Of a stretch of 64,000 nucleotides of DNA, positions 39,567 to 49,073 are shown piece by piece (the first letter of the stretch is position 1; every line of letters begins with the position of its first letter). The notes beneath the pieces are model-generated. The model ran no database searches. It worked only from the letters and a program-made list of their open reading frames with translations, and had not been told where the DNA came from. The DNA is from an uncultured bacterium (GTDB lineage Bacteria; Babelota; Babeliae; Babelales; JABCYS01). The stretch spans positions 224,001 to 288,000 of the forward strand of contig CAVPKK010000007.1 of assembly GCA_963705705.1 (NCBI GenBank). Reading direction: 5' to 3'. A program made the translations under genes and the position numbers.

Positions 39567-41411
39567 TCATTCTACCGTTACAGATTTGGCCAAGTTACGC
39601 GGCTTATCAATCGGGCAACCAAGCTCCTTAGCAATGGCATATGAAAGGAACTGCATTAAACCGGTCATCGCCAATGGACCAAGTAGCGGATGAACTTTAG
39701 GAATCATAAACACACAATCGGCCAATGAAATAAGTTCTGTTTGCCCCTCAAATGCAAAGGCAATGATATGCCCCTTGCGCGCTTTTACTTCTTGGGCATT
39801 GGCCACCAATTTTTGATAAATGATTGGGTCAAGGGAAGAGAATAGGAATACTGGAGTTTGCGCATCGATAAGGGCAATCGGCCCGTGCTTAAGCTCCCCT
39901 GCCGGATACCCCTGGGCAAAAATGTAGGAAATTTCCTTCAGCTTGAGAGCAGCTTCCAAGGCAAATGGATAGCTTAAATGACGCCCTAAAAATATCGCGC
40001 GATTAAATTGGGCATATCGCTTGGCTAATGTGTTAGTAATTTCTTTCCGATAGTTTTCGATAGTACTCTCCAACACTTCGGCTGCTATCAATAGATCATC
40101 TTCGGCAGCCTGCAATTGGCGTTGTGTGATTAACCCTTTATCCAAGGCGATCCGATGAGCCAACCAAAAAAGAACGGCGACTTGTGTTGAGAATGCCTTT
40201 GTTGAAGCGACTGCAATTTCTGGTCCGGCATGGGTGATTAAGAAACCATTGGCTTCACGCACCATGGTACTCGATGGCACATTAGTTAATGCCACCGTAA
40301 TGCACCCCTTACCATTTATCATGCGCACAGCTTCAAGCGTGTCGGCTGTTTCGCCTGATTGTGAAATGGCAATATATATACTGTTCTTATCCTTGAAGAA
40401 TGACATCTGCCTGAACTCTGATGCTAAATGCACCGACGTTGGCAATTTTGTAATTTCTTCAAAGAAAAATTGGGCTATGCGCGCGGCATGCCATGACGTA
40501 CCACAGCCTATGAGCTTAATGCTCAGTAACTCCTTCAACTGATCTTTACTAACTTCCATTTGCTTGTACAAATTATTGCCAAGCTGTTGGTAATATTTAA
40601 CAGAGGATGCAATAACCCCCTTTTGCTCGTAAATTTCCTTGAGCATGTAATGATCATGGCCACGCTTTTCGGTATCAGACCAATCAATCGATAATTCCTG
40701 AACTTCTGGCTCGAGTAGTTTGCCTGAGAATGAATATAACTCTGCCCCGCCAGCCTTCATGAGCACAAAGGTTTCATCGGGCACATAGATCACCTTCTTA
40801 GTCCGTCCGGCAAAAGCTAGTGGATCTGATGCCACAAACAGCTCATCTTTACCAATGCCGATACACAACGGCGAACGCTTGCGTACGGCGATCATGTGAT
40901 CAGGAAAGCTCTGCATGATGGCAACGAAGGCATATGCTCCGTGGAGCTTATTAACCAACTCTACCATTGCCGGCTTGATCTGCTTATGAATTGGCAACAT
41001 AGCCTCGAGACTGTGGGCAATGACTTCAGTATCGGTGTCTGAGCTAAAAGTATGGCCAGCCGCCTTGAGCTCTTCGCGTAATTCGTGGTGATTTTCAATG
41101 ATGCCATTATGGACTACTGAAATACTCTTTTGGCAATCAAAATGAGGATGCGCATTCGCTTCAGTCGCTGCACCATGTGTAGACCAACGGGTATGGCCGA
41201 TGCCAAGATGACCATCAACTGGCATTTGTTTGCATTTGGCAAGAAGATTTTGCAATTGGCCCTGAGATTTTACATAGGCTAGGCGATTGCTTTCTGGACT
41301 GATACAGGCAAATCCTGCTGAATCATACCCGCGATATTCAAGACGAGACAAACCTTCAAGAACGAAGGCCTTGCTTTGATTTTTTCCTACATACCCTACA
41401 ACACTGCACAT
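39567..41411 (-). CDS. glmS: Glutamine--fructose-6-phosphate transaminase
   Basis: N-terminal Cys, LEYRGYDSAG, GHTRW, SQSGETAD, PRNLAKSVTVE. Confidence 0.98.
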   Translation of the reverse strand: MCSVVGYVGKNQSKAFVLEGLSRLEYRGYDSAGFACISPESNRLAYVKSQGQLQNLLAKCKQMPVDGHLGIGHTRWSTHGAATEANAHPHFDCQKSISVVHNGIIENHHELREELKAAGHTFSSDTDTEVIAHSLEAMLPIHKQIKPAMVELVNKLHGAYAFVAIMQSFPDHMIAVRKRSPLCIGIGKDELFVASDPLAFAGRTKKVIYVPDETFVLMKAGGAELYSFSGKLLEPEVQELSIDWSDTEKRGHDHYMLKEIYEQKGVIASSVKYYQQLGNNLYKQMEVSKDQLKELLSIKLIGCGTSWHAARIAQFFFEEITKLPTSVHLASEFRQMSFFKDKNSIYIAISQSGETADTLEAVRMINGKGCITVALTNVPSSTMVREANGFLITHAGPEIAVASTKAFSTQVAVLFWLAHRIALDKGLITQRQLQAAEDDLLIAAEVLESTIENYRKEITNTLAKRYAQFNRAIFLGRHLSYPFALEAALKLKEISYIFAQGYPAGELKHGPIALIDAQTPVFLFSSLDPIIYQKLVANAQEVKARKGHIIAFAFEGQTELISLADCVFMIPKVHPLLGPLAMTGLMQFLSYAIAKELGCPIDKPRNLAKSVTVE

Positions 41412-41458
41412 ATGTGTTCCTTATTAATAAGTTTATGTAGCAACACAATAGCATAAAT

Positions 41459-41487
41459 AAAGCCCCGGACAAATCCGAGGCATTTTG
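41459..41487. terminator. Hairpin/terminator related to 42807-42836
   Basis: AAAGCCCCGGACAAATCCGAGGCATTTTG. Confidence 0.6.
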
Positions 41488-41527
41488 TTCTATCACTGAA
41501 AATTTTGTTAATTTTTTAAATTTCTGG

Positions 41528-42721
41528 TTATTCCTTTTCTTCACAACCTTGCCAATGCTTTGCCTGGCATTCTGTACTGCAGAACCAAACAGCTTTGCAT
41601 CGTGGGCACCGCTGCATTTCTTGCTTTGCTTGGCCGCAATTGGCGCAGACTATTGCCATGCTGGTTGGCTGAGTTGGCAAGAAGTTACTACTGATACGAG
41701 TAATCTTTTTCTCATCATCATCGGTTAAAGCTGACATTGGCAGACCAAGCACTTTACCAATAGTAGCAAACGCCTTTTTTAGATTGAGGGCAATATCTAG
41801 AGCGCTTATATCACCGCTTGGAATTCCTCGAATAAAGCTTGTGGTTATATCATCCTGAAATGTGGCAAATTTTTTTGTGGCAAATTTTCCCGCAGATGCA
41901 ACAGATTGATAGCCCATTAAAGAAAGTGGTTCAATTAAATTATCAATTCGTTGACCTTCAATTAATAATAAAATGTGCTTAATGTTTGACTGTTGAGCTA
42001 TGAGGTGCGGAATGCGCGCATCGACCAACTTTTCTACTAACCCACCCAATTGATCAATCAAATTTAACTTACGCATCGAACTAAACTCCAAGCGTGCCAC
42101 GGCAAGCGGAATTTTACTAAAATCTTTGAGTTCCTCTGGCGCAGAAGATTGAGTAACTTCAACATTAAGCTGGGTAAGCAAAGAAAAGAAATTAGATGCA
42201 ATAATTTTTTCTTTTTGGCCTGCATTAAGCGCAATCTGTCTACAGTCTGCATTAATCAGCGGCCAATTTCTTTCTTTAAAGAGATCGGTTGCATGTGACA
42301 AAAGACCGATCTCGCCAACAGTCATTTTTTGCCTCATGTTCATTCTGAGGCGACAAATATGTTGGCTCAACACCTCATCCTTTCCGCCATACTCAAAGAG
42401 ATCTTCATTGATAAGAATGAATTGGCCAACACCGAGTTGTTGGGCATAAGTAATCAGTTGTTCGCCCTGCGCAATAGTCATTTGGTCAAGCTTTTCCTTA
42501 AAAGCAGCTTGAACCCTGCTGAACATAGTCGCGCCAACCTCCCCTCGTTGTTTATTGAGATCGAGCGATAAACATTCACAAGGCATTACGGCAAGACAAT
42601 GAAGGAAGTAGTCTTGCCCGTTAATAACCCTTTTCAAAACATTCACGCGACAGATAATTGCCTCTGCCATTGATGCGGATAATAAGACTGATAAAAGACT
42701 AAAGATAAGTTTAAGTTTCAC
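41528..42721 (-). CDS. Secreted protein with C-terminal MYND-type zinc finger
   Basis: Signal peptide; CANC-x9-CPRC-x5-C-x3-CQAKHW. Confidence 0.8.
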   Translation of the reverse strand: MKLKLIFSLLSVLLSASMAEAIICRVNVLKRVINGQDYFLHCLAVMPCECLSLDLNKQRGEVGATMFSRVQAAFKEKLDQMTIAQGEQLITYAQQLGVGQFILINEDLFEYGGKDEVLSQHICRLRMNMRQKMTVGEIGLLSHATDLFKERNWPLINADCRQIALNAGQKEKIIASNFFSLLTQLNVEVTQSSAPEELKDFSKIPLAVARLEFSSMRKLNLIDQLGGLVEKLVDARIPHLIAQQSNIKHILLLIEGQRIDNLIEPLSLMGYQSVASAGKFATKKFATFQDDITTSFIRGIPSGDISALDIALNLKKAFATIGKVLGLPMSALTDDDEKKITRISSNFLPTQPTSMAIVCANCGQAKQEMQRCPRCKAVWFCSTECQAKHWQGCEEKE

Positions 42722-42806
42722 CTGATTCCTCTTTGAATTATGGGTAAAAAGTGCCAGTTCCTTTTCAATTGGTCAAAAAAGGGCCTGAGCCAAATTTAGG
42801 CATGAA

Positions 42807-42836
42807 AAAGCCTCGGAGATAATCCGAGGCCTTTTG
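42807..42836 (-). terminator. rpsI terminator
   Basis: AAAGCCTCGGAGATAATCCGAGGCCTTTTG. Confidence 0.7.
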
Positions 42837-42884
42837 AAATTGGAAAGTCCGCCTACGCAGCGAATCCAGGGCTTCCCTGGTAGT

Positions 42885-43319
42885 CTATCGCTTAACGAAT
42901 TGGAACTTACGACGTGCGCCGCGTTGACCGTATTTTTTACGTTCTTTAAGGCGAGAATCTACGGTAAGCATACCTTGCTGGCGTAGGGCTGGCTTGTATT
43001 GCTCATCCGAGGCCAATAATGCACGAGAAATACCAAGCTTAACGGCTCCGCTTTGGCCGACCTTGCCACCACCATCGACATTGACCTTAACGGCGTAGGT
43101 AGCCGTTTGAGGAGTAAGAGCGAATGGGGCAATAATGGTTTGCTTGGTGATATCAGTATCGAAGTAATCTTTGTAATCAAGGCCATTAACGGTAATAGAT
43201 GGCTTAGTGCTGCGGTATAGCCAAACGCGAGCTACAGAGCTCTTACGGCGGCCGATGCCGTGACCAATTAGGAATGCTTTAGACTTTTTTTCAGCTGGTG
43301 CTGTTGTAGCTTTTGCCAT
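42885..43319 (-). CDS. rpsI: 30S ribosomal protein S9
   Basis: GRRKSSVARV, GGGKVGQ, ERKKYGQRGARRKFQFVKR. Confidence 0.97.
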   Translation of the reverse strand: MAKATTAPAEKKSKAFLIGHGIGRRKSSVARVWLYRSTKPSITVNGLDYKDYFDTDITKQTIIAPFALTPQTATYAVKVNVDGGGKVGQSGAVKLGISRALLASDEQYKPALRQQGMLTVDSRLKERKKYGQRGARRKFQFVKR

Positions 43320-43479
43320 AGCAATAATGACCTCTAAGTTCAGAATTTTATTAAGGGAGACCTAATAGTAGTAAAATCCTTCTTTTTTTCAACCAGCCAG
43401 GGGAGGATGCCGGGAACCCAGGGCTATCTTTGGGTTATCAGGCGGTATTTCTAGGCCTATAAATCTATTGTGGCACCAC

Positions 43480-45876
43480 TTACGCTTTATTGGGTTTATG
43501 AACGCGTGGAAGCAACGGTTGATCAGAGTCAGAATCTGACTCATTATAAGCATCATCGTCATCATCAGAATCAGATGAATCAGAAGCTAGCTCGCTTACT
43601 TTGTAGCCTCTGGCTAATGTTCCAAGCAGAATGTCGACATTATCGCTCGAGTAATTTTTAGCCAGCCACTTTTTTGTTTCAGCTAATCCACTGGATGATC
43701 CAACATCGCTCAATATAAGCGGAAGATTAGGAGCAATAATCGACTTGCCAGTTAACTTGCGCAATACAATATCCGCAAAGGCATATGGTTGCAGCGCCCT
43801 TACGCAGGGAATAAGCTTCAATAATTCATCCTGCGCCACCTCGACCATCGCTGCGGCAAATGGTGATGGGTTAGGGTGCGCATCCTCATCATTAGAGGTG
43901 CTATCAGACCGCTCTTTTTCTCGCATCCAACCGCGATAGTCTTCGCGCACAGCGTCCTTTTCTGCGATTAAGGTCGTCCTGTTAGATACTGGATCCCAAT
44001 TCCAAAGGCGTAATTCTTCCGGCACGTCGGTAAAATATGATTTAACAATAGCACGCAACTCTGCTACCGGGTTGTTGCTCAGACGGCAGGCCAACATTAC
44101 CTTATCAGTAATCTTAACCGGCTCTTCACGTCGCGCTATAAGTCGTTTGATCCAAGCAATCCATGCCTTGCCGCTCGGCATTTCATAGGCGGGCGAACGT
44201 GGGCGCTCAGCATCTTTTTTGTGTTGAGGTTGTTGCTTAATATACGCTCTCTTAGTAGCAACCTTGTCGCCATCAAGCAGAAATTTAAGCTTTGTCGAAC
44301 GTATAATAGTACCGATTGCAAGTCTGTCCCTGGCTCTATTATTGGGCGAACTTAAGACGCGCTGAGTAGGTATAGGAATTGGTAAATCAGGGCTTGAGCT
44401 ACTTGAACTCGAACTTGGTACGGGAGCTAGTGTTGCAAGCACGGGATTCTGTTCGATGGGGCTTGGAATAGGAAGAGCTGCTGCTGGGCTTGAATGTGTA
44501 ACGACGGGCATTCGGAAGTTTACTGCCGTAATGGGCTGAACCAACATTGTTTGGTCACTGGTTGCAAGCCAATTTATAACGGATCCGGCGATATACCCCT
44601 CCATTTTATAGATTAATTTAGGCAACTTACACCCAAACACCCTATTACCATTAAGCTGCTCAAGCATGTATCCAGCAATCGCATACGGCTGAAAGATTTT
44701 TATATAATGATAGAACTGCTGTTTTAACAGTTCAATTTGATTTGCAAGGAAAGGTCCATCACCACCCCTCCCCAATCTCCTGCTTTCAAGATTTGTGCGT
44801 AAGGCTTCGCGCTTTTTATTCATCTGATAGTTTGGGGAAACGCAGGGATTATAAGATTCCGTGGTCAGAGTCATTTCCCAAAAACGTTGCTCGTATGGAA
44901 TGTCTCTGAAGTATGCCAGCGCCGCATCAAACAAGATTGATACTATGATTGCTTTTTTATCTGAAGATGAATTCTGTGCCACCTCAAGTTCCCGCGCAAT
45001 AGTTTGATCGCATGTATGAGAATTAAGAAGATTTTTCACCCAAGAAAGCCAAGCTGCCGGGGTGGTAGTAGGCATACTCGGGGTTGTGCTTGGAACACTC
45101 GATAGAGTAGCCATACTTATCGGCCTGAATAAACCAGGTGATGCCGATGAAGAAGCGGGGTTTGTCGACTGCCTACCAAAGATGGAATTAGAACTTTGAG
45201 CGATTGCTGGTGCAGGATGACTGTGACCATTTGCAGCTAAATTGGCTGGTCTGGCAGAGCTTGGCACAACCTGCGGTGCAATGGTATGGTTGGGTTTATT
45301 GCCAGAAGGCGGAGTGACTGACGAAGATCTAATAAATGCATCCATATCAAAATTATCATCAAAAAATGATGATCTCCTTGAGATGACCGGCAAGCTTGGG
45401 CCAGGATCAATGCTCAATGGAGGATTAATCACACTCGAATGTTGCGGCTGCATAATTATCGGCGGTGGGGGTAATACTGAACTTGGCGCCATCGGAGCAG
45501 GTGCAGTTACAACCGACGGCATAGAAGTAGAAGCAGGTGCAGTTACCGCCAGTGGCATTGAAGCAGGTGGTATAACTGCTACTTCATGCATCGATGTATC
45601 TGTATTATTGGACGTTTGAGTGAGTAGTCTTTTCTCTCGCGCTCGTTGAATTGCTGCCTGGGCATTAGCGAGAACTCGCGCCCTTCTTTCATTTACAGCA
45701 GGATCTGATGTTGGGCTTGGAGCAATCGGTGCTTGCAAATCCGCCACATCGTCAGACAACCTAACTCGTTTTGCTGCATTGCCAGTTTCGGGCGCAGAAG
45801 ATGAACCATTGATTAATGGGAAAAGCGCAACGGTAAGTAAAAGTGCTTTAAAGAAATTTTGCTGTTTTATATTCAT
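43480..45876 (-). CDS. Secreted effector-like protein, family A (two copies of the shared domain)
   Basis: Signal peptide, Pro/Ser-rich region; AWLSWVK..YFRDIP..FQPYAIA and MPSGKAWIAWIK..YFTDVPEELRLW..LQPYAFA. Confidence 0.8.
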   Translation of the reverse strand: MNIKQQNFFKALLLTVALFPLINGSSSAPETGNAAKRVRLSDDVADLQAPIAPSPTSDPAVNERRARVLANAQAAIQRAREKRLLTQTSNNTDTSMHEVAVIPPASMPLAVTAPASTSMPSVVTAPAPMAPSSVLPPPPIIMQPQHSSVINPPLSIDPGPSLPVISRRSSFFDDNFDMDAFIRSSSVTPPSGNKPNHTIAPQVVPSSARPANLAANGHSHPAPAIAQSSNSIFGRQSTNPASSSASPGLFRPISMATLSSVPSTTPSMPTTTPAAWLSWVKNLLNSHTCDQTIARELEVAQNSSSDKKAIIVSILFDAALAYFRDIPYEQRFWEMTLTTESYNPCVSPNYQMNKKREALRTNLESRRLGRGGDGPFLANQIELLKQQFYHYIKIFQPYAIAGYMLEQLNGNRVFGCKLPKLIYKMEGYIAGSVINWLATSDQTMLVQPITAVNFRMPVVTHSSPAAALPIPSPIEQNPVLATLAPVPSSSSSSSSPDLPIPIPTQRVLSSPNNRARDRLAIGTIIRSTKLKFLLDGDKVATKRAYIKQQPQHKKDAERPRSPAYEMPSGKAWIAWIKRLIARREEPVKITDKVMLACRLSNNPVAELRAIVKSYFTDVPEELRLWNWDPVSNRTTLIAEKDAVREDYRGWMREKERSDSTSNDEDAHPNPSPFAAAMVEVAQDELLKLIPCVRALQPYAFADIVLRKLTGKSIIAPNLPLILSDVGSSSGLAETKKWLAKNYSSDNVDILLGTLARGYKVSELASDSSDSDDDDDAYNESDSDSDQPLLPRVHKPNKA

Positions 45877-45938
45877 GTTGTTTTCCATCCATTTAATTTT
45901 TTGATCGAGCTAATTTCTTTCGCTTCTTGTCATCTTAA

Positions 45939-47057
45939 TTAATCTGGCAAATCGATCGCTGCAATATTGCGGGTTACAATGCAATTTGTAGTTGGTGCAG
46001 TTGCTTCTGTACCAGTTTCTTCTACGCAGATCTTCTTGGTTTTTGTTATTTCAGTGGTATCAGAAACTGTTTGATCAACTGAACGTTTAGTCTGATGCGT
46101 GACCATCGAACTTGAACTTGATGAGGAAGGTGGCCTATTGCGCGCAGAAGTCACTGCATTCTCTTCTTCAGCAGTCTCGTCTTCACTATCGGTCGCGTCT
46201 TTCGGGTTATCCGAAAACAGTAGATCTAATGCTTCTTGCGCTTTTGTACGCATTCTTTCATTAACCGCTTGTTTAGCCGCCTCATTCCACAGGGCGATAG
46301 CAGCTTGCAAATCTTTTGTGCTGCGGTTGGTCGCTAGCAACAGGCCTAATTTATATTGTGCTTCTGCTAATGTATGCACATCGTCTGTTTGTTTGACAGC
46401 CAATTTCAAATAATCTATGGCCCTATCAAATTTAGAAATTTTCAGGGATTTCGCAGCGCTTTCCAAATATTCTTTTGCGGTGCGCAGCTTATTCTTCCTG
46501 TGAGGTCCGCTTGAACTTGCTGGTGATTCACTTGAGGGGCTCGGGCTTGCTTCCAGCGAAATCGACGGGACAACTGGTTCCAGTGAGCTTGATGCTGGCA
46601 AAACTATTCTGCCCTGAAATATTGGTTCGCTTACCGTATCCGCATTAGTCGAAATACTGTTTGCGAGCTTGCCTAATTCTTGTCGAGCAAAAGCGCCTAT
46701 GTTTTCATCTTCTTGCTGTCTAGCGGCGACATATAATAACAGGCGTCCGTTTTCTATATCTCGTTCTCCGCCCGAACCATCGACTAATAATTTACCCAAA
46801 TAATAACTTGCATGTGCGATTGCCCCTTGCGACTTATCGGGTGCATGAAGTACATTTCGAAAGCATGATCGTGCAAGATCGTATTTTTCTAGCTCTATAA
46901 ATGCGAACCCTGCTTTTAGCATGAGATGATGCTCGCTTCGCTGTATAGATTGCGAAGGGCTACTGCTAGAACTTGGTGAAGCAGAGCTCTGCGAGCCTAA
47001 AAGATTTGGGGCAATAATAAGTGTCGCGCATAAGGCGAGTAATTTTTTGCTGATCAT
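45939..47057 (-). CDS. Secreted Sel1/TPR-like protein, family B (short)
   Basis: ASYYLGKLLVDGSGGERDIENG; AEAQYKLG. Confidence 0.8.
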   Translation of the reverse strand: MISKKLLALCATLIIAPNLLGSQSSASPSSSSSPSQSIQRSEHHLMLKAGFAFIELEKYDLARSCFRNVLHAPDKSQGAIAHASYYLGKLLVDGSGGERDIENGRLLLYVAARQQEDENIGAFARQELGKLANSISTNADTVSEPIFQGRIVLPASSSLEPVVPSISLEASPSPSSESPASSSGPHRKNKLRTAKEYLESAAKSLKISKFDRAIDYLKLAVKQTDDVHTLAEAQYKLGLLLATNRSTKDLQAAIALWNEAAKQAVNERMRTKAQEALDLLFSDNPKDATDSEDETAEEENAVTSARNRPPSSSSSSSMVTHQTKRSVDQTVSDTTEITKTKKICVEETGTEATAPTTNCIVTRNIAAIDLPD

Positions 47058-47084
47058 GACTTCCTTCCATTTAAATTCAAATCA

Positions 47085-49059
47085 TTAATCCGGTAAGTCG
47101 ATTGGATTCATCTTTCGTTTGATAGCATTTATATAATTGTCAGCTCGTTCGGCAAACAGTTGAACATCTCTATCAATGAGCTTTGATGCCATTGAGCGAA
47201 GTTGCGCACAAAACAGTTCTATCTTCGGAAGTGATTTTCTTAATTCTTCTTCATCACTTTGTGGAATTAACCCATGCGATTTATCAAGATAAGGAATTGC
47301 AGCTCGACATGTAGCAATAGCGTCCGCTCTATTTCCGGATTCTACATATTCATGTAATAAATCTGAAAGGGCAGCAGCAGCATTGTACCAATCTCTACGG
47401 CTAGCTAATGAAGGAAATTCCGAGACAGCCCGCTGCCTAAGTAATGCATATTTTTTTACGTAGGCCAGTTGCTCATGCTTGGGAAGCATATTCGCTAACC
47501 GGATGTTTAAATCTGCAGCACAATTAAGATCATTACGACCGCATGCGCTCCCTGCAAGGGTGATGGCACGAGATGCAAAACCTATACCTTCCTTGATTAC
47601 TTCAGGCATCCGGGCGTTTTCTGTGGCCCGATCAATATAACAAGCAATTTCTCTGCACGCGGCCAAAGGAGGCACAAGACCTTCCGAAAGTTGGAGCTTA
47701 GATAAAACAGCGGATCGCAAAAAAAGTAAATTTTTTGCGCGTTGATCAGTCGTTTTTTGCGCAGTATCCAGCATGCTTTTCTTACGCTCGCTCAAAAAAT
47801 CAGATAATTGCTTTTCAACCCTGAGCCGCGCTTCATCAAGCTTCTCTCTTGGGATTGAATGACCGCGCATTATTTCACCGGCTAAGCAGCTACGCACCTG
47901 TTTCGCATTCTGTTGAAGGAGCCATATATATTCATTTTCGACGTAAGCGTTACCGGCTGTAAGTGGAGCAAAGGGAGTAATCAAAAAGCTCTCTATTTTC
48001 ACCTTATTGCAAGCTGCTGCTTGTGATGTGTGCTCGTTCAAGCGCTGGTAGATATGTGGGATGTATGCTTCACACATACGTTTTAGATATTGCGCAAACC
48101 GTTGAGATGCAGGTATGTGTTTTTGCTCCAGAAACCAAACTGTCATGCAGTCGCATAAAGGCGCCAAACCATGCAGTTTATGCATGAAAGGCATTGGAGG
48201 AAGAGAAAAATTCGCGCAACCTATACGCTCTAAAATATAGTTAGCTATGCAATATGGTTTTGCTGTTTCCACGCAGGTTAACAGTTCAGCTTTTAATGTG
48301 CTATAGCGATCATGCGCAACCGCATCCATATCCTGTTTCTTTTCCGCGCGCTTCGTGTATAAGTTTTCCAAACTCAATTATTTTATTTTTTTTACCTCCC
48401 GTTTCCACGCACTTTTGTTGGTCGTCCAAATTCCAAAGGCGCAAATCTTCTGGAATATCAGTAAAATAACATTTAGCGATTGTTTGTAACTCAGTCACCG
48501 CGTCTGGGTGTCGGGTGCATGCCATTACCAACTTATTGATAATAACTTCCGGGCATCGAGGCTCGCGAATAGTAAGCATGGTTCCATTGTTGTTAACAAC
48601 CTTGTTGACCGGCTCGTCGAATAGACGGCGAACCCAAGCTACCCATTTTTTTCCAGTAAACATCTGGCCATCGGTATCTAAATCGGTAGCTTCTAGCTCA
48701 GTTGGAAATATTTTTTCTTCTAAATCATATTGTTGACCTTCCAAGCTATCTACGGAGCGAGGGCAACGAAACGGACTCGCATTGACGCAGCCACTTGCGA
48801 CAACAGGTGAAGATTCAAGTTGGCTTGGATTTTCCAATTTCCGTTTTTGGCGGTGACTATCCTCAGAAACATCAGCCATAAGAGGTGCGCTTGAAGGCAA
48901 TAGGCTTGAACTACTCACCGTGTCTGGACTCGCTTGCGCCATAGCAATATCACGATCTACGGTCGTAGCTTTTCCTAGATCGGCCGAAGGAGAAGCCGCA
49001 TATAAGGCTGGCAACGCGGCCAAGTAAACAATTATTGATAATGAAATTTGCTTAATCAT
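47085..49059 (-). pseudogene. Family A effector-like gene, frameshifted at ~48340-48343
   Basis: The two ORFs join into a colinear paralog of 50795-53440 if one A of an A4 run is removed. Confidence 0.8.
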
Positions 49060-49073
49060 GATGTTTCGCTCCA

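Noticed and set aside
41412..41527. glmS ribozyme
   Set aside because: The leader is short, AT-rich and lacks the conserved ribozyme core.
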